Shown: positions 32,936-43,229 of the stretch, piece by piece
Numbering within the stretch: the first letter of the stretch is position 1
Layout of the letters: every line of letters begins with the position of its first letter
Origin: Gemmatimonadota bacterium
GTDB lineage: Bacteria > Gemmatimonadota > Gemmatimonadetes > Gemmatimonadales > Gemmatimonadaceae
Assembly (NCBI GenBank): GCA_040389905.1
Contig: JAZJZK010000022.1
Span: 1-64,000, forward strand
Reading direction: 5' to 3'
Length of the DNA stretch: 64,000 nucleotides
The notes under the pieces: model-generated
Told to the model about the DNA's origin: nothing
Databases searched by the model: none
Seen by the model: only the letters and a program-made list of their open reading frames with translations
Translations under genes and position numbers: made by a program

Positions 32936-33964
32936 CTACGCTCCGACGAGCTCCGAGTGATGCGCGTACGTCAGCGTGGCGAGGTCGGTGTCGCGCTTGC
33001 TGCCGATGAAGAGCGGCGTGCGCTGATGCAACTCGGAAGGGTTGATGTCGAGAATGCGGCGCACGCCGTCCGTCGCGCCGCCGCCCGCCTGCTCGCAGAT
33101 GAAGGCCAACGGGTTCGCTTCATACAGCAAACGCAGCTTGCCCACCGTCGCCTTGTTGTTCGACGGATAGCAGAATACGCCGCCGCCGAGGAGGTTCCGA
33201 TGGAAATCGGCAACCAGTGAGCCGACGTAACGGACACTGAGCGGCTTCCGATCGCCCTCCAGCCCGCGATACTTCCGCATCAACTGTTTCGTCGCTTCGT
33301 CCCACGAGCCTTCGTACGAGTCATTCACGGACAGATAGCGGCCCTCATCGGGTATTCGGATATTCGGGTGCGAGAGCAGGAATTCGCCGATCGAGGGGTC
33401 GAGCGTAAAGCCATGCACACCCTGCCCCGTGGTGTAGACGAGCATCGTGCTCGACCCATAGATCACATAGCCCGACGCCACCTGGCGCCGGCCGGGCTGG
33501 AGCATGTCCTCCATCTCGCCCTGCCGTCCGCGCGTGATCTTCTGCACCACGCTGAAGATGGTCCCGACCGGCACATTGACGTCGATATTCGATGAACCGT
33601 CGAGCGGATCGAACAGCAGGCAATACTTACCTGTGCGAAACCCCTCCGGGATCTGGATGATGTCAGGTTCCTCCTCGGACGCCATGGCGCAGAGGCGCCC
33701 ACCATGATCCATCGCCTTGATGATGGTGTCATTGGCAAAGACGTCGAGCTTCTGCTGGATTTCGCCCTGCACGTTCGAGTTGTCCGTGGAACCGAGAATG
33801 TCGGCGAGCCCGGCTCGGCGCACCTTGTTCGCGATCATCTTCGCCGCCAACGCCATGTCGTACAGGATGCCGGAGAGCTCGCCCGTCGCCTCCGGGTGCA
33901 TCCGCTCCTGCTCGATGATGAACCGCTCGATCGTGACGACCGACGTCGCTGTGTGTTGAACCAC
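32936..33964 (-). CDS. fbp: Class 1 fructose-1,6-bisphosphatase
   Basis: KLDV, SEE, FDPLDGSSN, RYVGSLVAD, GKLRLLYE. Confidence 0.96.
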   Translation of the reverse strand: MVQHTATSVVTIERFIIEQERMHPEATGELSGILYDMALAAKMIANKVRRAGLADILGSTDNSNVQGEIQQKLDVFANDTIIKAMDHGGRLCAMASEEEPDIIQIPEGFRTGKYCLLFDPLDGSSNIDVNVPVGTIFSVVQKITRGRQGEMEDMLQPGRRQVASGYVIYGSSTMLVYTTGQGVHGFTLDPSIGEFLLSHPNIRIPDEGRYLSVNDSYEGSWDEATKQLMRKYRGLEGDRKPLSVRYVGSLVADFHRNLLGGGVFCYPSNNKATVGKLRLLYEANPLAFICEQAGGGATDGVRRILDINPSELHQRTPLFIGSKRDTDLATLTYAHHSELVGA

Positions 33965-33973
33965 AGGCTGCCT

Positions 33974-34363
33974 CTACGCGGTGGAGTGAGCGCTCAGCCT
34001 ACGCGCCGCGAAAGTGCGCGCCTCGGCTTCATACGGATTGTCGGCGTAACCGTGTCGAATGCTTCGCCACAGGTAGCGCAGCGGAAACAGGGAATCTGCC
34101 TGAAACTGACGGACATGTGCGAGTTCGTGCAAGAGCAGTTCCGGATCGTGCACCGCATGTGTGGCGACGCACACCGTTCGCCACAGCGTGATGCCCGAGA
34201 CCGACGCCGCACCCAGGCACCATCCGCCGATGCGGAGCATCGCCCCTCCCCTGCGCCAGCGCGCCTGCGCGAGCTCGGGGAACTGCGACAACAACTCCGC
34301 TGAAAGTGCGAAGCGGTCACCGAATAGCCAAGTCTGAAACGACGCGAAGATTCGAGTATTCAT
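33974..34363 (-). CDS. Small HExxH protein (DUF4157-like)
   Basis: [24 protein letters not shown]. Confidence 0.7.
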   Translation of the reverse strand: MNTRIFASFQTWLFGDRFALSAELLSQFPELAQARWRRGGAMLRIGGWCLGAASVSGITLWRTVCVATHAVHDPELLLHELAHVRQFQADSLFPLRYLWRSIRHGYADNPYEAEARTFAARRLSAHSTA

Positions 34364-36576
34364 CTGGTGACTTGTCGCTGAACATTCCACTGCTGTCCGT
34401 TCGCCGACACGCCTATCGCGTCGGGTCGGAAACGGAGCACAACAGTTCCGAGCTGGTCGGTACGTAATATCTCGGCGCCGGCCTCGCGCAACGCCTCCAT
34501 GATTTGTGCTGAGGGATGACCATATGCATTGTGCGCGCCGACGCTCACAAGGGCGATTCGCGGTCGTACTGCGTCGAGAAATGCCGGCGTTGTACTCGTC
34601 GAGCTGCCATGATGGCCCACTTTCAACACGTCCGCCGTGAGTGCCTCGCGCGAATGAGCCAGAAGCCAGTCTTCTTCGGCAGCTTCCGCGTCGCCCGTAA
34701 ACAGCACGTGTGCGCCACCGATGCGTGCGACGAGCACGCTGCTCGCGAGATTCGCGTCGGTGAGAGCCGCCGTCCACGCGGAATCGGGAGCAAGAGCAGT
34801 CAGGACGATATCGTCGACGACCAGTGAATCGCCAGGACGCACGCGTTGCCACGGCATCCGTCTCTCGCGCGCAGCGGCAAGCGCAGCAACGTACGGGGCG
34901 CTCGTACCGACGTACCCCGGATCGAGAAAGCGCGCCGGCCGCAGCATCGTAAACAGCGACGCCGCGCCCCCCACATGATCGGAGTGTGGGTGCGAAAGCA
35001 CGAACAACGCAACGTCTCCACCCCGGTGGGCGAGGTACGGCACGACGGTGCTCTTGCCGGCGTCACCGCCAATCCAGCTCCTGCCGGCATCGATGACGAT
35101 CCATCGCCCGCGCGACGTCCGCAACGCAATGGCGTCTCCCTGCCCCACGTCGATCATGTGGAGCTCCGGCACACCATGGTGCGGCACGAGCGGCTCGATG
35201 ATCAGCGCGCTCATCGCACCCAACGCGACAACGAGCGCGCGACCACTGTTTTTCGTAACGCACGCGACGACGATGGCAATCGATGTAACGCCAGCGGCGA
35301 CCGCCCCAGCGGCCGTTGGAAGGACGAGAGGAGCGGCGCCGGGAACTACGTCCGCGGCGCGCGCGATCCCGTCGAACGCAAGGAGCAATGCGTGTGCGGC
35401 GTCGGCGGAGAAGTTTTCGACGGGCGCGATTGGGACGATCACGGCGAGGAACAACACGGGTTGGAGTAGCCCCATGATCGGATCGGCCAGCAGGTTACTC
35501 AGAGGCCCCAATAGGGAGACACGACCAAAGGTCCACGCCACCAGTGGCGCGGTTACGAGTGTGGCGACGATGCTGATCAGCGCAGACGCTGCGAGGCTGC
35601 GACGCGCACCCTTCCATCGCTTCGGGATCGTGCGCTTCGACAACGCGCCTCCGGCAATGAGTGCCGCCGTCCCGGCAACGCTGAGTTGCCAGCCGAGGTC
35701 GAGGGCGGTGCGCGGATCGATGAGTGGTGCGGCCGCACCCAGTGCGAGTATCGCCCACGGCGACGTCGGACGCTGAAGGACGCGCGTCATGAGCAACGCG
35801 CCAAGCATCACGGCGGCGCGTACGGCCGGAGGCGGCGCACCGATTGCCATGACATATCCCGCGAGAATGATGAGCGTGGCAAGTCGTGCCGGCGTTCGCG
35901 GCAAACGGAGAATGGACGCGAGGAGTTCCAGTGCCAGCGCGATAATTCCGACGTGCAGTCCTGAGACGCTGATCATGTGCACGAGCCCGGAGCGAGCGAA
36001 CCGGTCACGCTGTTCGGGAGGAATACCGCTCATGTCACCGATGACCAGCGCGCGCGCCATGGCGGCATCGCTGCGAAAAATCCGATCGATACGTCGCGCG
36101 GTGGCCGCTCGAAGCATGGAAAGAAGTTCCCCGCGCGTCACGGCGGTGATCGTGGCGTCCTCGATGAACAGTCCTCGTTCGTCCGTGGTCGCGCGACCTC
36201 GAACGACGCCGCGCTCGCCCGCGCTCGCATGTCCGTCTGCCACAATCACCATCGCTCGGGCCGAACACCCGTCGGCAGCTACGTGGGCCTTTGCCGCGCC
36301 GCGCGACGCGTCCGTGTCGAAACTCGCGATCCATTCGTGACGCCGCGCCAACCGCGCACCACACGTGGCATCATGCGACGTAACGGCGACGGCGATAAGC
36401 GTCGCCGCCGCGGCGATCGCACCAACGGACGCCGACGCGCGCCGACCGGTGGCGAACAATGCGAGTGTGGCGACAAGCGTGGCCGCACACAACGCGAGCT
36501 GCGCGCTCGAACCGACGCTCAACGCGACGATGAGCGCCGCGGCATAGGTCAGGGTAGTCCAGGCGACGAGCGGCAC
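34360..36576 (-). CDS. comEC: DNA uptake channel ComEC/Rec2
   Basis: [17 protein letters not shown] domain DVGQGD, SHPHSDH, HHGS. Confidence 0.92.
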   Translation of the reverse strand: MPLVAWTTLTYAAALIVALSVGSSAQLALCAATLVATLALFATGRRASASVGAIAAAATLIAVAVTSHDATCGARLARRHEWIASFDTDASRGAAKAHVAADGCSARAMVIVADGHASAGERGVVRGRATTDERGLFIEDATITAVTRGELLSMLRAATARRIDRIFRSDAAMARALVIGDMSGIPPEQRDRFARSGLVHMISVSGLHVGIIALALELLASILRLPRTPARLATLIILAGYVMAIGAPPPAVRAAVMLGALLMTRVLQRPTSPWAILALGAAAPLIDPRTALDLGWQLSVAGTAALIAGGALSKRTIPKRWKGARRSLAASALISIVATLVTAPLVAWTFGRVSLLGPLSNLLADPIMGLLQPVLFLAVIVPIAPVENFSADAAHALLLAFDGIARAADVVPGAAPLVLPTAAGAVAAGVTSIAIVVACVTKNSGRALVVALGAMSALIIEPLVPHHGVPELHMIDVGQGDAIALRTSRGRWIVIDAGRSWIGGDAGKSTVVPYLAHRGGDVALFVLSHPHSDHVGGAASLFTMLRPARFLDPGYVGTSAPYVAALAAARERRMPWQRVRPGDSLVVDDIVLTALAPDSAWTAALTDANLASSVLVARIGGAHVLFTGDAEAAEEDWLLAHSREALTADVLKVGHHGSSTSTTPAFLDAVRPRIALVSVGAHNAYGHPSAQIMEALREAGAEILRTDQLGTVVLRFRPDAIGVSANGQQWNVQRQVTR

Positions 36577-36643
36577 TGCGCAAAGAAGCGACTTCCTTGC
36601 GTCGGCGCGTCACCGAATTCGTGCCGAGCGTGGCGTTTTCCTG

Positions 36644-37978
36644 CTAACCCGCCATTGGGAGTGGCTGGCGCTCGCGGACGATGCTACCGGTGAACGTCGA
36701 TCCGGTCGTCCCGGTCAGCTCGACCGTGAAGTACTTCCCCAGCATGGTCGAATCTCCCGGTACGAGTACCGTTTTGAAATCGCGCGTGCGAGACATCAGC
36801 ATGGCTTCCCCACGCTTGGCCTCGCGTTCCACGAGCACCTCGTGCCGAGTTCCGAGCAATCCAAGGTTGCGCTGGCGCGTCGCCGATCGAACCGTCTCGA
36901 CGAGCCGCTGCAAACGCTCTCCAGCGACGTCGGCGGGTACCGAGAGCTCGGACGGAAGCCGCGTCGCAGGCGTGCCGTCGCGCGGCGAGAAAATGAAGGT
37001 GAACGCGTCGGAGAATCCAACCGTACGTACCGCGCTCAATGTCTCGTCGAACTCCTCGTCGGTCTCTCCCGGAAATCCAACGATGATATCGGTCGTGAGC
37101 GTTACGCCAGGAATGGCTTTGCGAATCCGCTCGACACACTCGAGGTATCCCTCGCGCGTGTAGCGACGCAACATTCGCTTGAGCGTGCGCGATGACCCAC
37201 TCTGCATCGGCAAGTGAACGTGCTCGCAGACCGTGGGCACTTCGGCCATTGCCGCAATGACGCGCTCACTGAAGTCATTCGGGTGCGGACTCGTGTACCG
37301 CACCCGGCGAATGCCCGGCACCGTGCCGACAGCGCGAAGCAAGTCGGCAAAGTCGTGCACGCCATCGTTGTACGAGTTCACCGTCTGTCCGAGCAGCACG
37401 ACTTCGCTCATTCCGTCAGCGACGACACCGTGCGTCTCACGCACGACGTCCTCGAGACGCCTGCTGCGTTCGGAGCCGCGCGTCGTCGGCACGATGCAAT
37501 ACGTACAGCGATAATCGCATCCGCGTTGCACCGGGATCCACGCCTTCACCTTGTCGAAGCGGCGCGGCGTAAAATCCTCGTAGTGCTCTTCGAGATCGAA
37601 CGTGGTGTTGATGGCAATGTCGCCGCGACGGGCACCATCGACCAGCTGCGGCAGGGCGCGATAGCCATCTGGCCCAACCACCAGCGATACGTGCTTCGCC
37701 TTTTCGAGCAGCTGTGGCCCGAGTCGCTGGGCCATGCAGCCGGTCACGCCCATGATCGAGTCCTTCGTCATGTGGCGTTTCAGTTCACCAAGCCGGCCGA
37801 TCACTCGCTGCTCGGCGTGATCGCGAATGGCGCAGGTGTTGAGCAGGATGACGTCGGCACCGTCCGGCTTATCGACGCTTTCGTAGCCGGCGCTCGCGAG
37901 CCGCCCGAGCATGAGCTCGGAGTCGCTCACGTTCATCTGGCAGCCGTACGTCTCGATGTACACGGTCGGTTTCGACAT
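36644..37978 (-). CDS. miaB: tRNA methylthiotransferase MiaB
   Basis: TYGCQMN, NTCAIR, GCMAQ, CDYRCTYC, TRAM domain. Confidence 0.95.
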   Translation of the reverse strand: MSKPTVYIETYGCQMNVSDSELMLGRLASAGYESVDKPDGADVILLNTCAIRDHAEQRVIGRLGELKRHMTKDSIMGVTGCMAQRLGPQLLEKAKHVSLVVGPDGYRALPQLVDGARRGDIAINTTFDLEEHYEDFTPRRFDKVKAWIPVQRGCDYRCTYCIVPTTRGSERSRRLEDVVRETHGVVADGMSEVVLLGQTVNSYNDGVHDFADLLRAVGTVPGIRRVRYTSPHPNDFSERVIAAMAEVPTVCEHVHLPMQSGSSRTLKRMLRRYTREGYLECVERIRKAIPGVTLTTDIIVGFPGETDEEFDETLSAVRTVGFSDAFTFIFSPRDGTPATRLPSELSVPADVAGERLQRLVETVRSATRQRNLGLLGTRHEVLVEREAKRGEAMLMSRTRDFKTVLVPGDSTMLGKYFTVELTGTTGSTFTGSIVRERQPLPMAG

Positions 37979-37987
37979 GCTCGTAAT

Positions 37988-39175
37988 CTACCCGCCGATT
38001 GGGACGGACGCGGATGGCGGGTGCTCCGGAAGCCAGAAGTGAAACGCACTCCCGACCATATCGCCACCGCTCTTTACCCAGATGCGACCACCATGCGCTT
38101 CGACGACGAGCTTGCAGAAGGCCAGGCCGAGGCCGGAGCTCCGCACGCGCGGGATGTGCGGCGTCTTCACCTGCTCGAACTTCCGGAAGATGAGCTCGTG
38201 ATACTCGGCCGGAATGCCCACGCCGTTGTCCGCCACCGTGAACAGGGTGCCGCCATTTTCCTTGCGCGCGCCCAGCGTCAGCGTCACGGCACGCGCCGAG
38301 TGCGTGAGCGAATTCTGCACGAGGTTGCCGAAGACGCGCTTGAGCAAGGCCTGGTCTGCCTCGATCACGGGTGCATCGTCGGCGACGTCTAGCAGGACCG
38401 TCGCGTGCTCCTGCTGCGCGCGAATGTCCCAGTCGCGGCGGACCTCAGCGAGAATCGTCGCAGGGGGCGTCAGGGTCAGATCGAGCGCGAGCCGAGTCTC
38501 CTCGAGGCGCGCGACTTCGAGCAGATCCTCGATCAGGCCGAGCAGATCCTCCGCGCGCGCTTCGGCATCGCCCAACGCTGACCGCTGTTCGGCGGTGAGC
38601 GTCCCGAAGTCCCCATCGATGAGCATTTCCATCGCGCCGATGATGGACGTGAGCGGCGACTTCAGGTCGTGGACAATCATCTTCATCAGGTCGTCGCGAA
38701 CCTTCTCGAGCTCCTTCTGCTTCCGCAGACTTTCCTCGAGCGCATCCGTCGCCGCCTTGAGCTTGAGCAGCGAGCGGACGCGCGCGCCGAGCACCAAGCG
38801 ATTGTGCGGCTTCGTCAGGAAATCATCGCCACCCGCTTCGATCGCCTTCACCCGGTCGGTCGTGTCGTTCAGCGCCGTAACGAAGATGACCGGAATACGC
38901 GCCGTCCTCGAGTCACGCTTGATGCGACGACAGACCTCGAATCCGGTGGACCGATCGTCCACGCCGAGGTCGCCGGCGGGCATCGACACATCGAGGATGC
39001 AAAGATCCGGAAGCTTCTCGAAGCAGGTCTGGAGCGCCGAGGGGCCGTCAGAGGCCGCGATCGCGCGAAAGCCGAGAACGTGGAGTTGATCGAAGAGAAG
39101 CTCCACGTTCGCGGGAACGTCGTCCGCCACGAGAATGATCGGCGCATCAGCCGGTGGTGGAACGAGTCCAGTCAT
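37988..39175 (-). CDS. Cytoplasmic hybrid receiver/histidine kinase
   Basis: VADD, LDVSMP, KP; HDLKSPL, DNGVGI, GLGL. Confidence 0.9.
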   Translation of the reverse strand: MTGLVPPPADAPIILVADDVPANVELLFDQLHVLGFRAIAASDGPSALQTCFEKLPDLCILDVSMPAGDLGVDDRSTGFEVCRRIKRDSRTARIPVIFVTALNDTTDRVKAIEAGGDDFLTKPHNRLVLGARVRSLLKLKAATDALEESLRKQKELEKVRDDLMKMIVHDLKSPLTSIIGAMEMLIDGDFGTLTAEQRSALGDAEARAEDLLGLIEDLLEVARLEETRLALDLTLTPPATILAEVRRDWDIRAQQEHATVLLDVADDAPVIEADQALLKRVFGNLVQNSLTHSARAVTLTLGARKENGGTLFTVADNGVGIPAEYHELIFRKFEQVKTPHIPRVRSSGLGLAFCKLVVEAHGGRIWVKSGGDMVGSAFHFWLPEHPPSASVPIGG

Positions 39176-39181
39176 GTCGGT

Positions 39182-40318
39182 TCAGGGGCGAACGGTGACG
39201 CCGATGCTGAGCGTAAACGCAGTTTCCGACAGGTTTGCGCCGGCCTTTCGCGTGGCGCGGATGCCGGCAATGTCGAACGCGGCACGGCCACGCGCCATGA
39301 GCGTGCCCGCGCCGAAGGAGTAGCTGTCCTCACTCACGCTTGTCGACGCCAGGCCGAATGGGAGCGTTCGGCTCCGCATGCCGGCGCGCAATTGCACCGG
39401 GTTCTGACCGAGGTGCGGCCCGAGAATATCGGCGCCGAAGCTCGTGTCCCAGCCATCGGTGATGTGCACATTGGACGAGCCGAGCAGGTTCATGCGCGAC
39501 CAGGTGTCCTTCGCGCGCCGAGCGGCGATCGTCGTGCCCTTGATGCCGGTGTACGCCGCGCTGAAGGCGAGCCGGTCAGGCACGTGCGCATTCGAAATCG
39601 TGGTATCTCCGCGCTTGATGGAGAGCGGGCCACCACGCCGGTACGATCCGGTGATGGAAAAGGCCTTTCCGGAGACTTCCACGCCGGTGGAGAATGCCTT
39701 CCCAGTGTAGCCGACCGTTGCGGTGTCGACGAGCGCCGCGAAGCGCGAGCTGTCGTCGAACACCTGGCTCGTCGAGACGCGGTTGTCACCCGTGACGGCG
39801 TGCGCAGCCGCGCCAACCTTGAGCCAGCTGCGCGGGTTCCAGGCGAGCGCGACCCGCACATCGCCAATGGCGCCATCACTCTTGAAGCGGTTCGTGGTGG
39901 CGAGCGACGTATCACCGATGGATGCGTTGCTCCGCGTCGTCGTCTCGAAGCTCCGCTCGAGAAGATTCGAGAGGCTGAGGCCGAGCATCACCGTCGGCGT
40001 CACTGGAAACGCCGCGACCACGAGCGGATATCGCGCAACGGAACTCTTCTCCGACACGGCGCCGATGTGCAGCGTGCGATACTCGGGCTCCGCCTGGAAA
40101 TACAGCGCCGAGCCACCGAAGTACGAAATCACCGCGGGGTTGGTCGCGGAGAGCGGGTCGATGTCCCCCATCGCACCGCCGGTGCCGAGCGAACGCGTGC
40201 TGAGTTGTCCGCTCGGATATCCGAAACCGAGCTGCGAGATGGTACCCTGTGCGCAGAGCGGCGTGGCAGAGACCAACGCGGCCAGCAGATAGCGGGTTGT
40301 CGTAGTGCGCATCATCAC
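39182..40318 (-). CDS. Hypothetical outer-membrane barrel protein (FadL-like N-terminal pattern)
   Basis: Signal peptide, RSLGTGG...NPA motif, beta-strand pattern. Confidence 0.6.
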   Translation of the reverse strand: MMMRTTTTRYLLAALVSATPLCAQGTISQLGFGYPSGQLSTRSLGTGGAMGDIDPLSATNPAVISYFGGSALYFQAEPEYRTLHIGAVSEKSSVARYPLVVAAFPVTPTVMLGLSLSNLLERSFETTTRSNASIGDTSLATTNRFKSDGAIGDVRVALAWNPRSWLKVGAAAHAVTGDNRVSTSQVFDDSSRFAALVDTATVGYTGKAFSTGVEVSGKAFSITGSYRRGGPLSIKRGDTTISNAHVPDRLAFSAAYTGIKGTTIAARRAKDTWSRMNLLGSSNVHITDGWDTSFGADILGPHLGQNPVQLRAGMRSRTLPFGLASTSVSEDSYSFGAGTLMARGRAAFDIAGIRATRKAGANLSETAFTLSIGVTVRP

Positions 40319-41598
40319 GGAATTCCAAAGCCGCGACGCGGCACGTAGGTGAGGCGAAGGCGCGGGCGGAGTGCCGCCAATCCCTCGATGGACGTGAAGC
40401 TCAACTCGCCCGCCACCGCACCCTCTTCCGCGGGTCGAAGGACGATCGATCGAGAGGTGTTCTTCTCACCCACGGCTTTCCAGAAGCGCACGAGATTCAC
40501 CAGCTCGATGCTCTTGGTCCCACTGCCTGTCGGGACGAAGCGCACCGAATCGACGCCGTATGCCGTCGGGCTGCCCATGAAGGAGAGCGCGGTCGTCACG
40601 TCAGTGACGGACGGCGACGCCAGAATAGGGTGCGTGAAGATCGTCAGCGTGTCATTGGTGCGCCCAGTGGAGCGGCCTGGCACCTGATTCAGCAGCAGCG
40701 AGGCGCGGATCACCTGCACCGAATCGCTGAGCGTCGACGGCAAATCGAATTTCAGATACGCGCGCGCACCGGCGATACCGCCGATCACGAAGGTCCCTGG
40801 CGGCGGTGGCGGCAGCGCGCCCTTCACGACAACGGGGTACACGGCGAGCGTCGCCTGGATGTACTCGTTGTCCGTAGGCGTGAGCGACGTCAGGAACACG
40901 GTGTCGGGTTTGACGCTCGTATCGGCCGACACCCTGAAGCGAAGGCGTGGCGAGAACGAGGACGCGATCATCTTGAGCCGCGCCGATCCGGTGGAGCTCG
41001 ACACCCGCAGCCCGATCCGAAGGTTCAAGGTGTCCTTGATCTTCGCGAACACCTTGTCGTTGTTCAGCGTCAGGCGGACGGTATCCTTGAAATCGCCCTT
41101 CTGGAACGTCTGCGAACCGATCAAGCGGTCAGCGCGGAACAGCGGAATCAGCGTCGACGGCAGTGTGTCGTTCGCCGTCGTGTCCACGTCGAATGCGTCG
41201 ATCGTCAGGGGAAAGGTGGGCGCGGACGCCAGCGTGTCGACGACGAAAAGCATCGTCGTACTATCGACCATGCGGATGAGGCTGTCCGCCAACGTGACCG
41301 GGAATGGGTAGATCGCCGGCAACGTATCGAACCGCGTGACCACGCGCACATCGGCCGTATCGCCTTTGTCGAGCATCGACAGGTCGCGGCTCTCGCCCAG
41401 ACGAGGGTAGCCGAACAGCGACGAATCGAGGACGACGGCGCCGAGGAGCGTCGTGTCGCGCAACGTTCCGCTCTCATCGGAGCAGAGCGACGGACACCCA
41501 GCACTCACGGCGACGTTCTCGCTACACCCGCCGAGCAATCCTATGAACAGGAACGCCGCGAAGGCGATCCGGAGAATCCGGTCAGACACTACGTACAC
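40315..41598 (-). CDS. Hypothetical lipoprotein
   Basis: Lipobox LLGGC; 427-aa ORF overlapping the next gene's start. Confidence 0.65.
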   Translation of the reverse strand: MYVVSDRILRIAFAAFLFIGLLGGCSENVAVSAGCPSLCSDESGTLRDTTLLGAVVLDSSLFGYPRLGESRDLSMLDKGDTADVRVVTRFDTLPAIYPFPVTLADSLIRMVDSTTMLFVVDTLASAPTFPLTIDAFDVDTTANDTLPSTLIPLFRADRLIGSQTFQKGDFKDTVRLTLNNDKVFAKIKDTLNLRIGLRVSSSTGSARLKMIASSFSPRLRFRVSADTSVKPDTVFLTSLTPTDNEYIQATLAVYPVVVKGALPPPPPGTFVIGGIAGARAYLKFDLPSTLSDSVQVIRASLLLNQVPGRSTGRTNDTLTIFTHPILASPSVTDVTTALSFMGSPTAYGVDSVRFVPTGSGTKSIELVNLVRFWKAVGEKNTSRSIVLRPAEEGAVAGELSFTSIEGLAALRPRLRLTYVPRRGFGIP

Positions 41599-41622
41599 TC
41601 CATCCGTAAACGTCGAGGCGCA

Positions 41623-42060
41623 TCAGCGGCGCCCAAGTGACGTGGGGGTAAAAGCCTGGGGAAGAAGGTCCGAGATGGACCACTGCTGCTCCGCGCCCTT
41701 CGTCGTAATGCTGAGAACGACGAGTTGCGGCGCGAACTCGACCAGTACCTGCCGACAGATCCCGCATGGCGGAGTCGGCGATTCCGCTTCGGTGGCGATC
41801 GCGATCGCCGTGAATTCCCGCGTGCCGCGCACGATCGCCGCCGACACTGCGGCTCGCTCCGCACAGATCCCGGCAGGATACGACGCGTTCTCGACATTAC
41901 AGCCAATCGAAATCGAGCCATCCAAACCCAGCACCGCCGCGCCGACACGAAAGTTCGAATACGGCGCGTAGGCGTGACGCATGGCCGCCACCGCGTGCTC
42001 TCGAAGATTGGCAAGGTCCAGCGGCGTGGACCTGGCAATTCTCACGGCGCGCGCACTCAT
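41623..42060 (-). CDS. cdd: Cytidine deaminase
   Basis: AYAPYSNF, NVENASY, CAE, PCGICRQ. Confidence 0.95.
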   Translation of the reverse strand: MSARAVRIARSTPLDLANLREHAVAAMRHAYAPYSNFRVGAAVLGLDGSISIGCNVENASYPAGICAERAAVSAAIVRGTREFTAIAIATEAESPTPPCGICRQVLVEFAPQLVVLSITTKGAEQQWSISDLLPQAFTPTSLGRR

Positions 42061-43229
42061 GCTCCGCGCTCCAGTTCAGGCAGAAAAGAGGTTCCGCGCC
42101 CGCGAAAACCGACGTGAAGCCACTCGCCGACCGTTGCCCCCAGGTCGGAGAACGTTGGGCGGACGCCCAGCGCGAGCGGCCGAACCGCTGCCCCGCAGAC
42201 GAGCAAGGGCACGCGCTCGCGCGCGTGATCGCTCGAGCCCGTTGTCGGGTCGTTGCCGTGGTCCGCGGTAATGAACAGCAGATCGTCCTCTCGAAGAGCG
42301 GCGCGAATGGCCGGTAAAGCGTCATCGAACTGGCGCAGCGCGCCCTCAAAACCGGCCACGTCGCCGCGGTGACCGTATAGCGTGTCGAAATCTACAAGGT
42401 TGGCGAACAGCAACCCACCCTGCGTGCCCGCGAGCCACTCCAGGATCGCCCGAATGCCCTCGGCGTTGTCCGCCGTGTGGCGCGCGGTCAAGGAACGTCC
42501 CGCAAACAAGTCGTCCACTTTGCCAACCCCTGCCCGGTGGACCCCTGCTCCAGCCAGCGCGTCAAGCAGCGTCTCTCCGGGTGGAGCAATGGAGAGATCG
42601 CGCCTGTTCTTGGTTCGGACGTACGTACCCTCCTCGCCGACGAATGGCCTCGCAATCACTCGAGAGACATCGTGCGGTGCAACCAACTGCGCGCGCGCGA
42701 TCTCGCAGGCGCGATACAACTCGGCCAGCGGAATCACCGCCTCGTTCGCGGCCACCTGAAAGACCGAGTCCGCCGACGTATACACGATCCATTTTCCGGT
42801 CCGCGCATGCTCGGCGCCAAATCGCTCGATGATCTCCGTCCCACTGGCGGCCACGTTCCCGAGGACGCCCCGCCCCGTTTCTCTCTCGAAGGCCTCGAGT
42901 ACCTCAGAGGGGAACCCATTGGGGTACGTCGGAAAGGGTTTCGCGAGATGGAGTCCTGCAATCTCCCAGTGGCCGGTTGTGCTGTCCTTTCCCGCCGACG
43001 CCGGATTCATCATTCCCCACGCGCCCGCCGGAGCTACCGCCGGTTCCACCCCTTCAAGTGGCGCGATGTTCCCGAGGCCGATCGCCTGAAGATTCGGCAG
43101 AAGCAACCCGCCCCGCACACGGGCGATATTCCCGAGGGTATCACTGCCGACATCGCCATAGGCCGCCGCGTCGTCCGCTGCCCCGATCCCGACGCCATCC
43201 AGCACCAGGATGACTGCGCGATTCCTCAT
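42057..43229 (-). CDS. deoB: Phosphopentomutase
   Basis: LDGVGIG, GKDSTTGHWE, YTSADS, RVIARPF, TADHGNDP. Confidence 0.95.
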   Translation of the reverse strand: MRNRAVILVLDGVGIGAADDAAAYGDVGSDTLGNIARVRGGLLLPNLQAIGLGNIAPLEGVEPAVAPAGAWGMMNPASAGKDSTTGHWEIAGLHLAKPFPTYPNGFPSEVLEAFERETGRGVLGNVAASGTEIIERFGAEHARTGKWIVYTSADSVFQVAANEAVIPLAELYRACEIARAQLVAPHDVSRVIARPFVGEEGTYVRTKNRRDLSIAPPGETLLDALAGAGVHRAGVGKVDDLFAGRSLTARHTADNAEGIRAILEWLAGTQGGLLFANLVDFDTLYGHRGDVAGFEGALRQFDDALPAIRAALREDDLLFITADHGNDPTTGSSDHARERVPLLVCGAAVRPLALGVRPTFSDLGATVGEWLHVGFRGRGTSFLPELERGA

